This document shows positions 46,932 through 58,735 of a stretch of 64,000 bases of DNA, one piece after another. Made by a program: the position numbers and the translations under genes. Numbering within the stretch: the stretch's first letter is position 1; every line of letters starts with the position of its first letter. Location of the stretch: positions 11,889-75,888 of the forward strand of contig CAWJXR010000002.1 of assembly GCA_963846895.1 (NCBI GenBank), read 5' to 3'. Source of the DNA: an uncultured Thermoleophilia bacterium. GTDB lineage: Bacteria; Actinomycetota; Thermoleophilia; Gaiellales; Gaiellaceae. The notes beneath the pieces were generated by a model that made no database searches, was not told the DNA's origin, and was given only the letters and a program-made list of their open reading frames with translations.

Positions 46932-49283
46932 CCGGCCAGAGGACTGCTGAGCGTTCGCGTGATCGTCCCCGGATTCGTCCGGCTGACGAGCCGAACGTCG
47001 AACCGGTAGCTCCCGGCAGGCAGCTTCGCCGCGGGCAGCGAGATCGCCGTCGCGGATCGCTCCGCCCGTGAGCGCTCCCCGCGTCGCGACCATGGGACGC
47101 CCGCTCGCGTCGTCGAGCGTTACGAGATAGAGACAGTCGCGCTCGCACGCAAGCTGCACCGCGCCGCGAGCCGTGTCTGGGAACGTCAGCGTCGTCGCCG
47201 TTGCCTGGAGCGCAAGGCCCGGACACACCGTGTTACCACGCTGTGCATCGACTGCGGCCTGCGCGATCGCAGTTGCATCGCTCAGCCGGTCGAGCACGAT
47301 CCCTGCCACAGCCCCTGAGCAGGCGAGGCCGGTGATCGTCGCCCGCGACGGCGCAACGACGCCGTCGACCAGGATCGCGGGTGCGGTGCCGAACGCCTGG
47401 TTGAGCGCCGCGGTCAGCTGCGTGAGATTCGTGATCGCCCATTGTCCGGCGACCGGTTGCGGTGCGGGCCGGAAGGCGATGAAGTCGGGAGCGACACCGC
47501 CGAGAGTGCGACCGAGTGAGGTGACCGTCGCCTTCGGCACCTGAGCGCCGTCGAGGGCGATTCCGACGGCAACGCTCGTCGAGGAGGCCTGCACGGCATC
47601 GCGGACCGCGGCGAAGGCTGCGGCGTAGCCGTCTGTCGGCGCGGTGGCTGCGGGCTGGAGCACGAGCCGGTTCAGCGCCGGCACCTGGGTGGCAAGCGAC
47701 GCCGCATAGGAGGCCAGGGCTGCGCGGCCGGCGTCGTCCAGCGGGACCGCGCCGACGTTCAGCTCGACGAGCTCGCTCACTCCCTGGGGCACGCTCTGCA
47801 GTGCGGCGACCAGGGTCGGGTCGGGCACCGAGGCTCCCGCCGGCCACACCACCCCGAACCGGACGAGCCGCAGGCCGAGCTTCTGCGCCTGGGTGGCCTG
47901 CGACGGGTCGTCGATCGCCGAGCCGACGACGAGCGGCGGCGGAGCTGCTGGGACGGCCGCCGTAGCGCGGGCCTTCGCCGCCGGGCCGGCGGTCGCGGCC
48001 TGGACGATCGGCAAGGCGTCGAACGACGAGCGGTTTCCCGCGGGGTCGACCGCCGTCACGTGCACCGGGTAGATGCCGGGCCGCTTGGGCGACCACGAGA
48101 GCGTGTGCCAGCCGTCGCCGAGCGCGAGCCGTTTCGTCGGGCCGGCGCCCGAGGTCGCCTGGACGTCGGACGGCTTCGACAACCAGAAGCGCACCTGGCC
48201 GACGCCGGCGGAGTCGAGCCTGAACGCGGCGGGCTGCTTCGCATAGGCGGCGATGCGCTTCGCCGCGTCGGCAAACCGGGGGTCGGCCGAGGCCAGCTTC
48301 GTCAGCAGTTGCACGACGTACTGCTGGTAGTGCAGGTCGGAGGTGTCGTGCGGCAACGCGTAGTACGTCCAGTAGCCGGTGTCGAAGCGCGGCAGGCTCG
48401 CGAGGGCCGACTGCCGCAGCTGGCCGGCCAGCGTGCCCGCGTCGACGTCGGCCGCATCGCTCGCGTACGTCGCGAGCGAGACGATCGTCTGCAGCTGCGC
48501 GTTCAGGACGGCGAGCGACTGGAACGAGTAGAGGCGGATCCACGGCCCACCGTCGACCCGGGTCAGCAGGTGTCCGGGGATCGACTGGTAGGCGGCTCGC
48601 GCCTGTGCTGCGAGTGAGGTCGTCTCGGCGGTGACGAGATCGGCGGCGCGCGCGAGCGCCTGTGCAGCGACGGCCTGAGCCATGCCGGAGGTCCAGGGCG
48701 CGCGTCCTCCCGAGTAGTTGAAGTAGTACTCCCAGACGACGCCGCCGCCCTTCGGGTGCACCGCACGTGCGACGAGCGCGTCGGCGATCTTCTGCGTCGC
48801 GTCGGCGTCGCCGCGCGCGACGGCCGCGTTGAGGATCCCGAACTCGGCGAGCGGGTGGAACTCGAGGCAGAGGCCCGGGAACCAGCGGTAGACGAGCCCG
48901 TCCGCGGCGACGATGTCCGCCTGCGGCGCGGGCGGGTAGTGCACGGCGAAGTAGTCGTCGTTGGCTTTCAGCTGGCCGACGAGCGCGGCCGCGCGCGGGC
49001 CGGTGAGACGGCCGACGAACGCGCCGAGTTGCGAGAGCGCGACGCCGACGGGCCGCGAGCGCGAGGACGGGAGCCCGCGGATGAGGTTGGCGGCGCGCGC
49101 GATCTCGGCTCGCGCGGCCGCGGTCTCGGTCGGCGTCAACTGGCCGGACGCCGCAGCACGGCGCACGGCCTCGAGCGCCTGCTTCTGTCCGGCGACGGGC
49201 TTGGTCGCCGGAGCCGCCCCAGCCGCACAGGCGAGCGCGAGCACGACAACGACGACCGGCGTGAGACCCCTCACGAAGATCAC
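46928..49283 (-). pseudogene. secreted protein with D-glucuronyl C5-epimerase-like domain; one frameshift near the C-terminus
   Basis: Signal peptide after GTG 49283 (or 49274). VVWEYYFNYSGGRAPWTSGMAQAVAAQALARA resembles the C5-epimerase C-terminal family. The C-terminal join is at about 47050, ending ...TRTLSSPLAG. Confidence 0.45.
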
Positions 49284-49342
49284 CGGCGGGACGGTAGCCA
49301 CCGTTCGTAAGGAGTTTCCGACCGCCGCGCTCCGTTCCTGGC

Positions 49343-49426
49343 CTGGCCACGCGGGACACGACCCATGGTCAGACCACGGTTGACGGACTGGCCACGCGGG
49401 ACACGACCCGTGGTCAGACCAAGGTT
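49343..49426. repeat. two 39-bp direct repeats, 45-bp period, in a divergent intergenic region
   Basis: CTGGCCACGCGGGACACGACCC(A/G)TGGTCAGACCA(C/A)GGTT at 49343-49381 and 49388-49426. Each contains the dyad GACC-N3-GGTC and the heptamer GTCAGAC. Confidence 0.7.
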
Positions 49427-49583
49427 TACGAGAGTGCGACGGAGCATCCACAGGTTCTGGCGCCTGGCCGCCGGCTCAGGCCAAAAAGGCAGGCGACCAT
49501 GGCTGCTCGCGGCACGTCCTATCGGCGAGCCGGCGCGCGCGAAATGTGACGAACGTTCCACAGGGCGTGCAAGGATCGTCACG

Positions 49584-50974
49584 GTGGCGACACCATCCGT
49601 TCTTCCGGACTCCGAGCCCGCCTGGTGGTTGCGGGACGCCGACGACGGCGACCGCTCTCCCCCGCTCGCCCGCGAACTCGACGCCGACACCGCGATCGTC
49701 GGCGGCGGTTACACCGGGCTCTGGACGGCGCTCGCCCTGAAGGAACGCCTGCCGGAAGCGCACGTCGCCGTGTTCGAGGGCGCGTACTGCGGCTGGGGGC
49801 CGAGCGGCCGTAACGGAGGCTTCTGCCACGGCTACTGGTCGTACCTGCCGACGCTGCGCGAAGTGTTCGCCGACGAGCAGGCGATCGCCCTCTGCCACGC
49901 CGGCGACAAGATCGTCCCCGGCATCCGAGCGTTCCTGGAGCGGCGCGGCGAGGACGCCTGGCTGCACGAGCGCGGGAATGCTCAAGACGTCGACGACCCC
50001 GTCGCAGGATGCGTCGGTCGAGCTCGCGATCGAGACTGCGCGGGAGCTGGGTCATCCGGAAGAGGCCGTCGCGCGCGATGCGTCGCGCATCTCGCCGCTC
50101 TTTCGTCGCGCGGTCTTCTTCCGCGAGGGCGCGACGGTGCATCCGGCCCGGCTCGTGCGCGCCCTGCGCCGAGCGGTTCTCGACGCCGGGATCGAGCTGT
50201 ACGAGGGCACTCGAGTCAAGCTCCGCGGCGACGGGACGCTGAACGCGAACGGGCATACGGTCCGCGCGCGAGACGTCGTCGTCGCCACGAACGCCGCGGC
50301 GGCCGACTGGCGCCCGGTGCGCGGACGGATGACCGTGTTCGGGAGCTACGTCGTGCTCACCGAGCCCGTTCCGGAGCTGCTCGCGACGATCGGCTGGACG
50401 GAGGGCGAGGCGATCTACGACTCGCGCATGTTCCTGCACTACTTCCGCACGACGGACGACGGCCGCGTGTTGATGGGCTCGGGCTCCGGCCCGATCGGCT
50501 ACGGCGCGAGGATCGACGGCCGGTTCACGCACGACGCCGCGACCTCCGCGCGCGCCGAGCGCGGCTTGCGCCGCCTCCTCCCCGGGCTGGCCGGCGCGAA
50601 GGTCGTCGCCTCCTGGGGCGGCCCGATCGACGTCTCGGCCGACCATCTGCCGTTCATCGGCACCGTTCCCGGGACGCACCTCCACTACGGGCTCGGCTAC
50701 TCCGGGCACGGGGTCGGCCCGACCTGGCTCGCCGGGCAGGCGCTCGCCTCACGCGTCGCAGGCCTCGACGACGAGTGGACCCGACTGCCGCTCGTCGACC
50801 GACACGGTCGCGCGCGTCCCGCCTGAGCCGTTCCGCCGGATCGGCGGCGGGGCGATCCGCGCCTCCATCCTGGCCTGCGAGGAGGCAGAGGAGGACGGAC
50901 GGACGGCCCCGCTGCCTGCGCGCGTGGGCGCCTTCGTCCCTCGCGCCTTGGGCCTTCGTCTCGGCCAGCGTTAG
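49584..50974 (+). pseudogene. FAD-dependent oxidoreductase (DAO family; gamma-glutamylputrescine oxidase-like); two frameshifts
   Basis: GTG 49584. FAD motif AIVGGGYTGLWTAL. Joins at about 49975 and 50805. C-terminus PPEPFRRIGGGAIRASILACEEAEEDGR. Confidence 0.7.
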
Positions 50975-51003
50975 TGCGTTTGCGCACTCGCGTGGGGAGT
51001 TGA

Positions 51004-51558
51004 TTGACGAAACGCGCGGCGATCTTGTACAAACACTGCGTGGCGCCTCCCTCCGCCCTGGACCGCGGGCCGGTCACCCGGCCGCGGTCGCTCGACATCG
51101 TCGACCGGGGCATCATCGAGGCGCTGCAGGCGAACGGACGTGAGCCCTTCCGTCGGATCGCGGCGAGGCTCGGCGTGGCGGAGGCCACCGTCCGGGCGCG
51201 CTACGGCCGCCTCGTCGAGGACGACGTCCTGCAGGTGATCGGCGTCACCAACCCGCTCGGGCTCGGCTTCGACGCCCAGGCACTCGTCGGCGTGAACACG
51301 GCCGGCGCCCCGGAGCCGGTCGCCGACGTGATCAGCTCGTGGCCCGAGTCGAGCTACGTCGTCGTCGCGGCGGGACGCTTCGACGTCCTCGCAGAGCTGC
51401 TCTGCGTCGACGCGAGGCACCTGCTCGAGCTGACGAACCGCGTGCGGGCGATCCCGGACGTCGTCTCGACCGAGACGTTCCCCTACCTCCAGCTCGCGAA
51501 GCAGGTCTACGGCTGGGGCACGCACCTCGACGCCGAGCGGGCTCCGGCGACCGCATGA
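51004..51558 (+). CDS. Lrp/AsnC family transcriptional regulator
   Basis: HTH ([43 protein letters not shown]) plus an RAM/AsnC_trans_reg domain. An alternative GTG start is at 51040. Confidence 0.8.
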   Translation: MTKRAAILYKHCVAPPSALDRGPVTRPRSLDIVDRGIIEALQANGREPFRRIAARLGVAEATVRARYGRLVEDDVLQVIGVTNPLGLGFDAQALVGVNTAGAPEPVADVISSWPESSYVVVAAGRFDVLAELLCVDARHLLELTNRVRAIPDVVSTETFPYLQLAKQVYGWGTHLDAERAPATA

Positions 51559-52618
51559 GCGCCGACGTTCGCCTCGAGGGCGTGACGAAGAAGTTCGACG
51601 AGGTGACCGCCGTCGACGACCTGTCGCTCGAGATCGAGAGCGGCAAGTTCTACGCGCTGCTCGGCCCCTCGGGCTGCGGCAAGACGACGACGTTGCGCAT
51701 GATCGGCGGCTTCGAGGAGCCGACGTCGGGGACGATCTATCTCGGCGAGCGAACCGTCACCGGCCTGCCCCCGCACCGGCGCGACGTCAACACCGTCTTC
51801 CAGAGCTACGCGCTGTTCCCCCACCTGACGATCTTCGAGAACGTCGCGTTCGGCCTCCGGCGCAAGGGAAAGCGCGGCGCCGAGCTGAAGACGCAGGTCG
51901 ACGAGATGCTGGGCATCGTCGGTCTCGCGGGGTACGGCGGCCGCAAGCCGCGCCAGCTGTCGGGCGGCCAGCAGCAGCGGGTCGCGCTGGCGCGGGCGCT
52001 CGTCAATCATCCGCGCGTCCTGCTGCTCGACGAGCCGCTCGGCGCCCTCGACCTCAAGCTCCGCAAGGAGATGCAGCTCGAGCTCAAGAACATCCAGCGC
52101 GAGATCGGGATCACGTTCGTGCACGTCACGCACGACCAGGAAGAGGCGATGACGATGGCCGACTTCATCGTCGTGATGAACGGCGGACGGATCGAGCAGC
52201 TCGGCGACCCCGACCGAGCTCTACGAGCACCCGGCAACGGCGTTCGTCGCCAACTTCCTCGGCATCTCGAACCTGCTGCCGGGCACCGTCGAAGGCCCCG
52301 AGTCCGTCCGGCTGACCGGCGGCGACGATGCTGCGCGTCGGCCCGGGCGTCCTGAACGGCGAGACGGGTGCCGTCTCGGTGGGCATCCGTCCGGAGAAGC
52401 TGCGGGTCGGCGGCGACGAGGGCAACTCGCTGACCGGCGAGATCGTGGAGCGCGCCTACGTCGGCGTGTCGACGCAATACGTGGTGAGGACCGCCGTCGG
52501 CGACGTGACGGTCTTCGTGCAAGGGGCAGGCTCACAGATGCCGGGCGAACAGATCGAGCTTACGTTTGCACCGGAGGCAACGTTCGTCGTTTCCCGATCG
52601 GGAGGACAACCCCGAATG
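51555..52618 (+). pseudogene. potA: spermidine/putrescine ABC transporter ATP-binding protein PotA; at least two frameshifts
   Basis: Walker [18 protein letters not shown] and LLLDEP. Joins at about 52210 (GDP|[17 protein letters not shown]) and 52327. There is no in-frame stop before potD, so the 3' end is uncertain. Confidence 0.8.
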
Positions 52619-53787
52619 AACGAGTTGCTCACTCGCGACCAGGTGCTTCGCCGTGCTCTCGCCGGCGGCGCGTTCCTGACCATCCCTGGACTCCTCGCAG
52701 CCTGCGGCGGTGGCGGCTCGAAGAGCGCTGCCACCACGACCACGTCGGGCCCGCAGACGATGCCGTCGTCGCTCACGTGGTCGAACTGGCCGCTGTACAT
52801 CGACGTCGACGAGAAGACGAAGACCCACCCGACGCTCGTCCAGTTCCAGAAGCACTACGCCGTCAAGGTGCAAGTACCTCGAGGACATCAACGACAACGA
52901 CAGCTTCTTCGGGAAGATCGAAGGGCCGCTTTCCCAGGGCCAGTCGATCGGGCGCGACATCATCGTCCTCACCGATTCCTCGGGTCTGCCCGGCCGAATG
53001 ATCGAACTCGGCTGGCTCGAGAAGCTCGACAAGTCGGCGATCCCGAACATGAAGAACCTGCTGCCCGGTCCAGCGGCATCCGGCGTGGGACCCGAACCGC
53101 GACTACAGCCTGCCCTGGCAGTCGGGCATGACGGGCATCGGCTACGACCCGAAGCTCGTCGGCGGTGAGATCACGTCGGTCCACGACCTGCTGACCAACC
53201 CGAAGTTCAAGGGCAAGGTGACGCTCCTCACGGAGATGTCCGACTCGGTCGGCCTGGTGATGCTTGCGAACGGTGACGACCCGACGAAGGTCACTGACGC
53301 GTCGTTCAACAAGGCGATCGACACCATGCAGAAGGCTGTTGACTCGGGGCAGGTGCGGCAGTTCACCGGCAACGACTATGCGCCTCTCCTCGCCAGGGGC
53401 GACATCTACGCCTGCTTCGCGTGGTCCGGCGACATGGTGCAGCTGAAGGCCGACCACCCGGGTCTCAAGTGGGTGATCCCGGACTCGGGCGCGATGATTT
53501 TCACCGACAACATGCTGATCCCGAAGGGCGGGCACGTGTACGGGGCGTCCGTGTTGATGAACTGGTACTACGACCCGAAGATCGCCGCCGCCGTCGCCGA
53601 CTACGTCAACTACATCACGCCTGTTGCCGGCGCCGACAAGGTGCTGCTGAAGACCGACCCGGCGATCGCCAAGAACACCCTGATCTTCCCGACGAAGGCG
53701 ATGCTCGCGAACGTCAACGAGTTCGACCCGAAGGCACTCGACAACCCCGACTACAAGAAGAAGTTCCAGCACCTGATCGGCGGCTGA
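52616..53787 (+). pseudogene. potD: spermidine/putrescine ABC transporter substrate-binding lipoprotein PotD; two frameshifts
   Basis: ATG 52616 follows GGAGGA. Tat/lipoprotein-like N-terminus (...LLAACGGGGS). Joins at about 52870 and 53069. The C-terminal part is in ORF 53128..53787. Confidence 0.8.
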
Positions 53788-53872
53788 CATCGGCGCATTC
53801 CTCCATCGCCGGAAAGGTGCGATTCCGTATCTGCTGCTCGCCCCGGGCATCGGCTGGCTGTGCCTGTTCTTC

Positions 53873-54652
53873 GTGCTGCCGTTGTGGTACCTCGGCAAGA
53901 CCTCGCTCTCGAGCGGGCTCTTTCCGTTCTTCTCGTTCGACTGGGCGTGGAGCAACTTCCATTACGCGATTACCACCTACAAGACGCAGTTCATCCGCTC
54001 GGGCGAGTACGCGGCGATCGCGACGGCGCTTGCGCTCGCCGTGAGCTACCCGCTCGCCTACTGGATCGCGTTCCGCGGGGGCCGCTGGAAGAACCTGTTC
54101 CTGCTGCTCGTGATCGCACCGTTCTTCGTCACGTATCTGATCCGGACGCTCGCGTGGGAGACGATCCTCTCCGACAACGGCCTCGTCGTTCACACCCTGC
54201 AGCAGGTCGGGATCCTCGGGAACAGCGGACGCCTGCTCGCGACGCCGGCTGCGGTGATAACCGGCATCACCTACAACTTCCTGCCCTTCATGGTGCTGCC
54301 GCTCTACGTCAGCCTGGAGCAGATCGACCAGCGCCTGATCGAGGCGGCCGAGGATCTGTACGCGTCGCGTGCCAAGGCGTTCCTGAAGATCACGTTCCCG
54401 CTGTCGCTGCCCGGCGTCTTCGCAGGGGTGCTCTTGACCTTCATCCCAGCGGCCGGCGACTTCATCAACGCGCAGCTGCTCGGGACGCCACGGCAATACA
54501 TGATCGGCAACGTCATCCAGTCGCAGTTCCTCGCGGTCCGTGACTATCCGACTGCCGCAGCACTCTCGTTCGTCCTGATGGCCGCAATCCTCGTGATGGT
54601 GCTCGTGTTCGCGAAGGTGCTCGGAACCGATCGATTGACCTCAGCGGTATGA
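53873..54652 (+). CDS. potB: spermidine/putrescine ABC transporter permease PotB
   Basis: BPD_transp_1 EAA loop (IEAAEDLYASRAKAFLKITFP). The frame is open upstream to about 53816 (GAIPYLLLAPGIGWLCLFF) but has no canonical start there, so the 5' end is uncertain. Confidence 0.8.
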   Translation: MLPLWYLGKTSLSSGLFPFFSFDWAWSNFHYAITTYKTQFIRSGEYAAIATALALAVSYPLAYWIAFRGGRWKNLFLLLVIAPFFVTYLIRTLAWETILSDNGLVVHTLQQVGILGNSGRLLATPAAVITGITYNFLPFMVLPLYVSLEQIDQRLIEAAEDLYASRAKAFLKITFPLSLPGVFAGVLLTFIPAAGDFINAQLLGTPRQYMIGNVIQSQFLAVRDYPTAAALSFVLMAAILVMVLVFAKVLGTDRLTSAV

Positions 54653-55449
54653 GATTCATCAAGCATCATCTGCTGACCGGGTACGCGATCCTGGCGCTCA
54701 TCTACCTCTTCCTGCCGATCGCGGTCGTGGTCGCATTCTCGTTCAACGATCCGATCGGACGCTTCAACTTCACCTGGCAGGGATTCACGTTGAAGAACTG
54801 GCTGAACCCGTTCGGCGTCCCGGGCATCCAGGACGCGCTCAAGGTGAGCATCGAGATCGCGTTCCTCTCCGCGCTGTTCGCGACCGCGCTCGGGACGTTG
54901 ATCGCGCTCGCGCTCGTCCGCTACAAGTTCCACGGCAGCGCAACGACCAACCTGCTCATCTTCGTGCCGATGACGACACCCGAGGTCGTGCTGGGCGCGT
55001 CACTCCTGACGCTGTTCCTCAACTGGAAGGTCCCGCAGGGATTCATGACCATCCTGATCGCGCACATCGCGTTCAACATCAGCTACGTGGTCGTGACGGT
55101 ACGCGCGCGCCTCGTCGGATTCGACCGCCACCTCGAAGAGGCGGCGATGGATCTCGGCGCGAACGAGCTCGTCACGTTCATGAAGGTGACGCTGCCGCTG
55201 ATCATGCCCGGCATCCTCGCCGCAGGGTTGCTCGCGTTCGCACTCTCGATCGACGACTTCGTGATCACGTACTTCAACGCCGGCTCCACGACCACGTTCC
55301 CGCTGTTCGTCTGGGGAGCCGCGCGCGTTGCGACTCCACCGCAGATCAATGTGATCGGGACGGCGATCTTCGTCGTCGCCATCATCGGCATGGTCGCCAA
55401 CATCGGCGTTCAGAACCTCCGCTCTCGGAAAGGAGCAGCCGTCGCATGA
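54649..55449 (+). CDS. potC: spermidine/putrescine ABC transporter permease PotC
   Basis: 266 aa with six TM segments. EAA loop LEEAAMDLGANELVTFMKVTLP. ATGA overlaps at both ends. Confidence 0.85.
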   Translation: MRFIKHHLLTGYAILALIYLFLPIAVVVAFSFNDPIGRFNFTWQGFTLKNWLNPFGVPGIQDALKVSIEIAFLSALFATALGTLIALALVRYKFHGSATTNLLIFVPMTTPEVVLGASLLTLFLNWKVPQGFMTILIAHIAFNISYVVVTVRARLVGFDRHLEEAAMDLGANELVTFMKVTLPLIMPGILAAGLLAFALSIDDFVITYFNAGSTTTFPLFVWGAARVATPPQINVIGTAIFVVAIIGMVANIGVQNLRSRKGAAVA

Positions 55450-56865
55450 CACTCGACTTGCAGCAGGCCGCACGCGATCACCTCTGGATGCACTTCACGC
55501 GCATGGGCGCGTACGGCAACAGTGAAGTGCCGATCATCGTGCGCGGCGACGGCTGCTATCTCGAGGATGCGAACGGGAAGCGTTACCTGGACGCGCTGGC
55601 CGGGCTCTTCGCCGTGCAACTCGGCTACTCGCACGGCGACGAGATCGGACAGGCGGCGCACGAGCAGATGAAGGAGCTGCCGTTCTACACCAACTGGTCG
55701 TACGCGCATCCGCGCGCGATCGAGCTCGCCCACGAGGTCGCAAGCCTCGCGCCCGGCGACCTGAACCGCGTCTTCTTCGTCTCTGGCGGCTCCGAGGCGA
55801 TCGAGTCGGCCTGGAAGCTCGCGCGGCAGTACCACCAGATTCGCGGCGAGCGGCGCTGGAAGGCAATCGGTCGCCGAACCGCCTACCACGGCACGACGAT
55901 GGGCGCGCTGTCGATCAACGGGATCGCGGCCCTGAAGAACTCGTTCGAGCCGCTCGTGCCGGAGACGCTGCACGTCCGGAACACGAACCGCTACCACCGG
56001 CCGCCGGAAGAGACGGAGCAGGAGTTCACGGCGTTCCTCCTCGACGACCTGGAGGAGACGATCATCGCCACCGGGCCTGAGACGGTCGCACTGGTGGTCA
56101 TGGAGCCCGTGCAGAACGCCGGCGGCTGCTTCACACCTCCGCACGGCTACTTCCAGGGTGTCCGCGAGATCTGCGACCGGTACGGGATCCTGCTCTGCGC
56201 GGACGAGGTGATCACCGGCTTCGGACGGGTCGGCGCCTGGTTCGCATCCGACCTCTACGACATCCGCCCTGACCTGATCACGTCGGCGAAGGGCCTGTCG
56301 TCGGCCTACGCGTCGATCGGCGCCGTGATCGCGACCGACCGTGTCTTCGAGCCGTTCCTCGAAGCCACCTCGATGTACGCGCACGGAATCACGTTCGGCG
56401 GCCACCCGGTGCAGTGCGCGATCGCGCTGAAGAACATCGAGATCATGAAGCGCGAGCGCGTGCTCGAGAACGTGCGGTCGAACGAGGCGTACTTCCGCGG
56501 CGCACTCGAGCAGCTGCTCGAGCTGGACATCGTCGGCGACGTGCGCGGGACCGGCTACTTCTACGCACTCGAGCTCGTCAAGAACAAGAAGACGCGAGAA
56601 GGCTTCACGTCGGAGGACTCCGAGATCGCTGCTGCGCGGCTTCCTCTCGCCGCAGCTCTTCGAGCGTGGGCTGATCTGCCGCGCCGACGACCGCGGTGAC
56701 CCGGTGATCCAGATCTCGCCTCCGCTGGTTGCGGGCACGGCGGAGATCGACGAGATCGCGGGGACGCTACGCGACGTGCTCGTCGAGGCGCAGGACCGTA
56801 TGCACGTCGGGTCGGCGGATGCCCGTCCGGTACAGCCGGGCACCCGGCTCGTCGGCGAAGCATGA
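55446..56865 (+). pseudogene. class-III (omega) aminotransferase; one frameshift
   Basis: PLP-Lys context LITSAKGLSS. Join at about 56628 (SEDSEI|LLRGFLSPQLFERGLICRADDRGDPVIQISPPL). The stop overlaps the next ATG. Confidence 0.8.
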
Positions 56866-58202
56866 AACAACGCGCGAGCGAGCTGCTCGCGCGGGAACTC
56901 GAGCGGTTCGAGCGCACTCATCCTCGCTCCCGCGAGCTGTCCGAGCGCGCGCGCCGGTCCCTGCTCTCAGGCGTGCCGATGCACTGGATGATGCGCTGGG
57001 CGGGCGGCTTCCCGGTGTTCGCCGTCGAGGCGTCGGGCGCGCGATTTCGCGACGTCGACGGGATCGAATACGTCGACTTCTGCCTCGGCGACACGGGCGC
57101 GATGACGGGGCACTCACCCGAGCCCGTCGTGCAGGCGATCGCCGCGCAGGCCGCACGCGGGATCACGCTGATGCTGCCGAGCGAGGACGCCCTCTGGGTC
57201 GGCGAGGAGCTGACAGGCCGCTTCGGGCCGTCGCAGTGGCAGTTCGCACTGACCGCGACAGACGCGAACCGCTTCGCGATCCGGCTCGCTCGACTCGTCA
57301 CGGGACGGCCGAAAGTGCTCGTCTTCAACTGGTGCTACCACGGAACCGTCGACGAGACGTTCGCGGCGCTGCACGACGGCGCCGTGGTCGAACGGGAGGG
57401 AAACCTCGGCCCGCCGGTGCCACTCGACGAGACGACACGTGTCGTCGAGTGGAACGACGTCGACGCGCTCGAACGCGAGCTCGCGTTCGGCGACGTCGCG
57501 TGCGTGCTGGCCGAGCCCGCGCTGACGAACATCGGGATCGTCCACCCGGAGCCCGGCTACCACGCCGCGCTGCGCGAGGCGACGCGCCGGCACGGCACGT
57601 TGCTGATCATCGACGAGACGCACACGCTGTGTGCCGGGCCGGGCGGCTACACGGCCGCCTACGGGCTCGAGCCAGACGTGCTGACCGTCGGGAAGGCGAT
57701 CGGCAGCGGCATTCCCGCGGCCGCGTACGGCTTCACGCCCGAGGTGGCGGGACGAATCGAGGCGGCGATCGGTCTCGACGACTCGGACGTCGGCGGTGTC
57801 GGCGGCACGCTGGCCGCGAACGTGCTGTCGCTGGCCGCGATGCGCGCCACGCTCGGGGAGGTACTGACCGACGATGCGTTCGAGCGGATGATCGCGATGG
57901 GCGAGCGCTTCGAGCGCGGCGTCGCGGAGACGATCGAGCGCAACGGGCTGCCCTGGCACGTGACGCGCCTCGGCTGCCGGGTCGAGTACCTGTTCCGCCC
58001 CGATCCACCGAGAACCGGCAGCGAGGCGGCCGCCGGCAGCGACCACCTCCTCGACCGGCTGATCCATCTCTACGCGCTGAACCGCGGCATCCTGCTGACG
58101 CCGTTCCACAACATGGCTCTGATGTCGCCGGCGACGACCGAGGTTGACGTCGACCGCCATACGGAGGTCTTCGCCGAGGCCGCCGCCGAGCTCAGTCGCT
58201 GA
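56862..58202 (+). CDS. class-III aminotransferase (glutamate-1-semialdehyde aminomutase-like)
   Basis: 446 aa. LIIDETHT and the PLP-Lys context LTVGKAIGSGIP. Confidence 0.8.
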   Translation: MKQRASELLARELERFERTHPRSRELSERARRSLLSGVPMHWMMRWAGGFPVFAVEASGARFRDVDGIEYVDFCLGDTGAMTGHSPEPVVQAIAAQAARGITLMLPSEDALWVGEELTGRFGPSQWQFALTATDANRFAIRLARLVTGRPKVLVFNWCYHGTVDETFAALHDGAVVEREGNLGPPVPLDETTRVVEWNDVDALERELAFGDVACVLAEPALTNIGIVHPEPGYHAALREATRRHGTLLIIDETHTLCAGPGGYTAAYGLEPDVLTVGKAIGSGIPAAAYGFTPEVAGRIEAAIGLDDSDVGGVGGTLAANVLSLAAMRATLGEVLTDDAFERMIAMGERFERGVAETIERNGLPWHVTRLGCRVEYLFRPDPPRTGSEAAAGSDHLLDRLIHLYALNRGILLTPFHNMALMSPATTEVDVDRHTEVFAEAAAELSR

Positions 58203-58278
58203 ATCGGAGCGCGAACCGAAGCGACCTCCGGTGCGAATCAGTGCGTCCACTGAGTTCGAGTCACGAAGGAGCTTTCAG

Positions 58279-58680
58279 ATGCGCTTTATCCCGACCCGGT
58301 TCCACGCGCCACTCGACTACATCGTCGGCGTCGCGCTGATCGCAGCGCCGTGGATCTTTCAGTTCTCCGACAACACGACCCCGACGGTGATCTCGATCGT
58401 CCTCGGCATCGGGCTGATCGCCTACAGCCTGGTCACGGACTACGAGCTCGGCGTCTGGAAGGTCGCGCCGATGGCGGTCCACAACCTGATCGACATCGCA
58501 GCCGGCATCGTGCTCGCGACGTCGCCGTGGATCTTCGGATTTGCGGACGACTCGGCCAACGTCTGGCTTCCGTTTCTCGTTGTCGGACTTGCCGCGATCT
58601 TCCTCGGCCTGACGACGAAGCAGGGCGGATACAGCTATCGCAAGAGCGGCGTCGACACGCCGAGGGTGGCGACCCGCTGA
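58279..58680 (+). CDS. SPW repeat-containing membrane protein
   Basis: ATG 58279. Four TM segments and the duplicated motif APWIF / SPWIF. Confidence 0.65.
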   Translation: MRFIPTRFHAPLDYIVGVALIAAPWIFQFSDNTTPTVISIVLGIGLIAYSLVTDYELGVWKVAPMAVHNLIDIAAGIVLATSPWIFGFADDSANVWLPFLVVGLAAIFLGLTTKQGGYSYRKSGVDTPRVATR

Positions 58681-58735
58681 ACGACATCGGGAGCGGCGGG
58701 TGAACGCGCCCGCCGCTCCGATCTAGACTCGCGTC

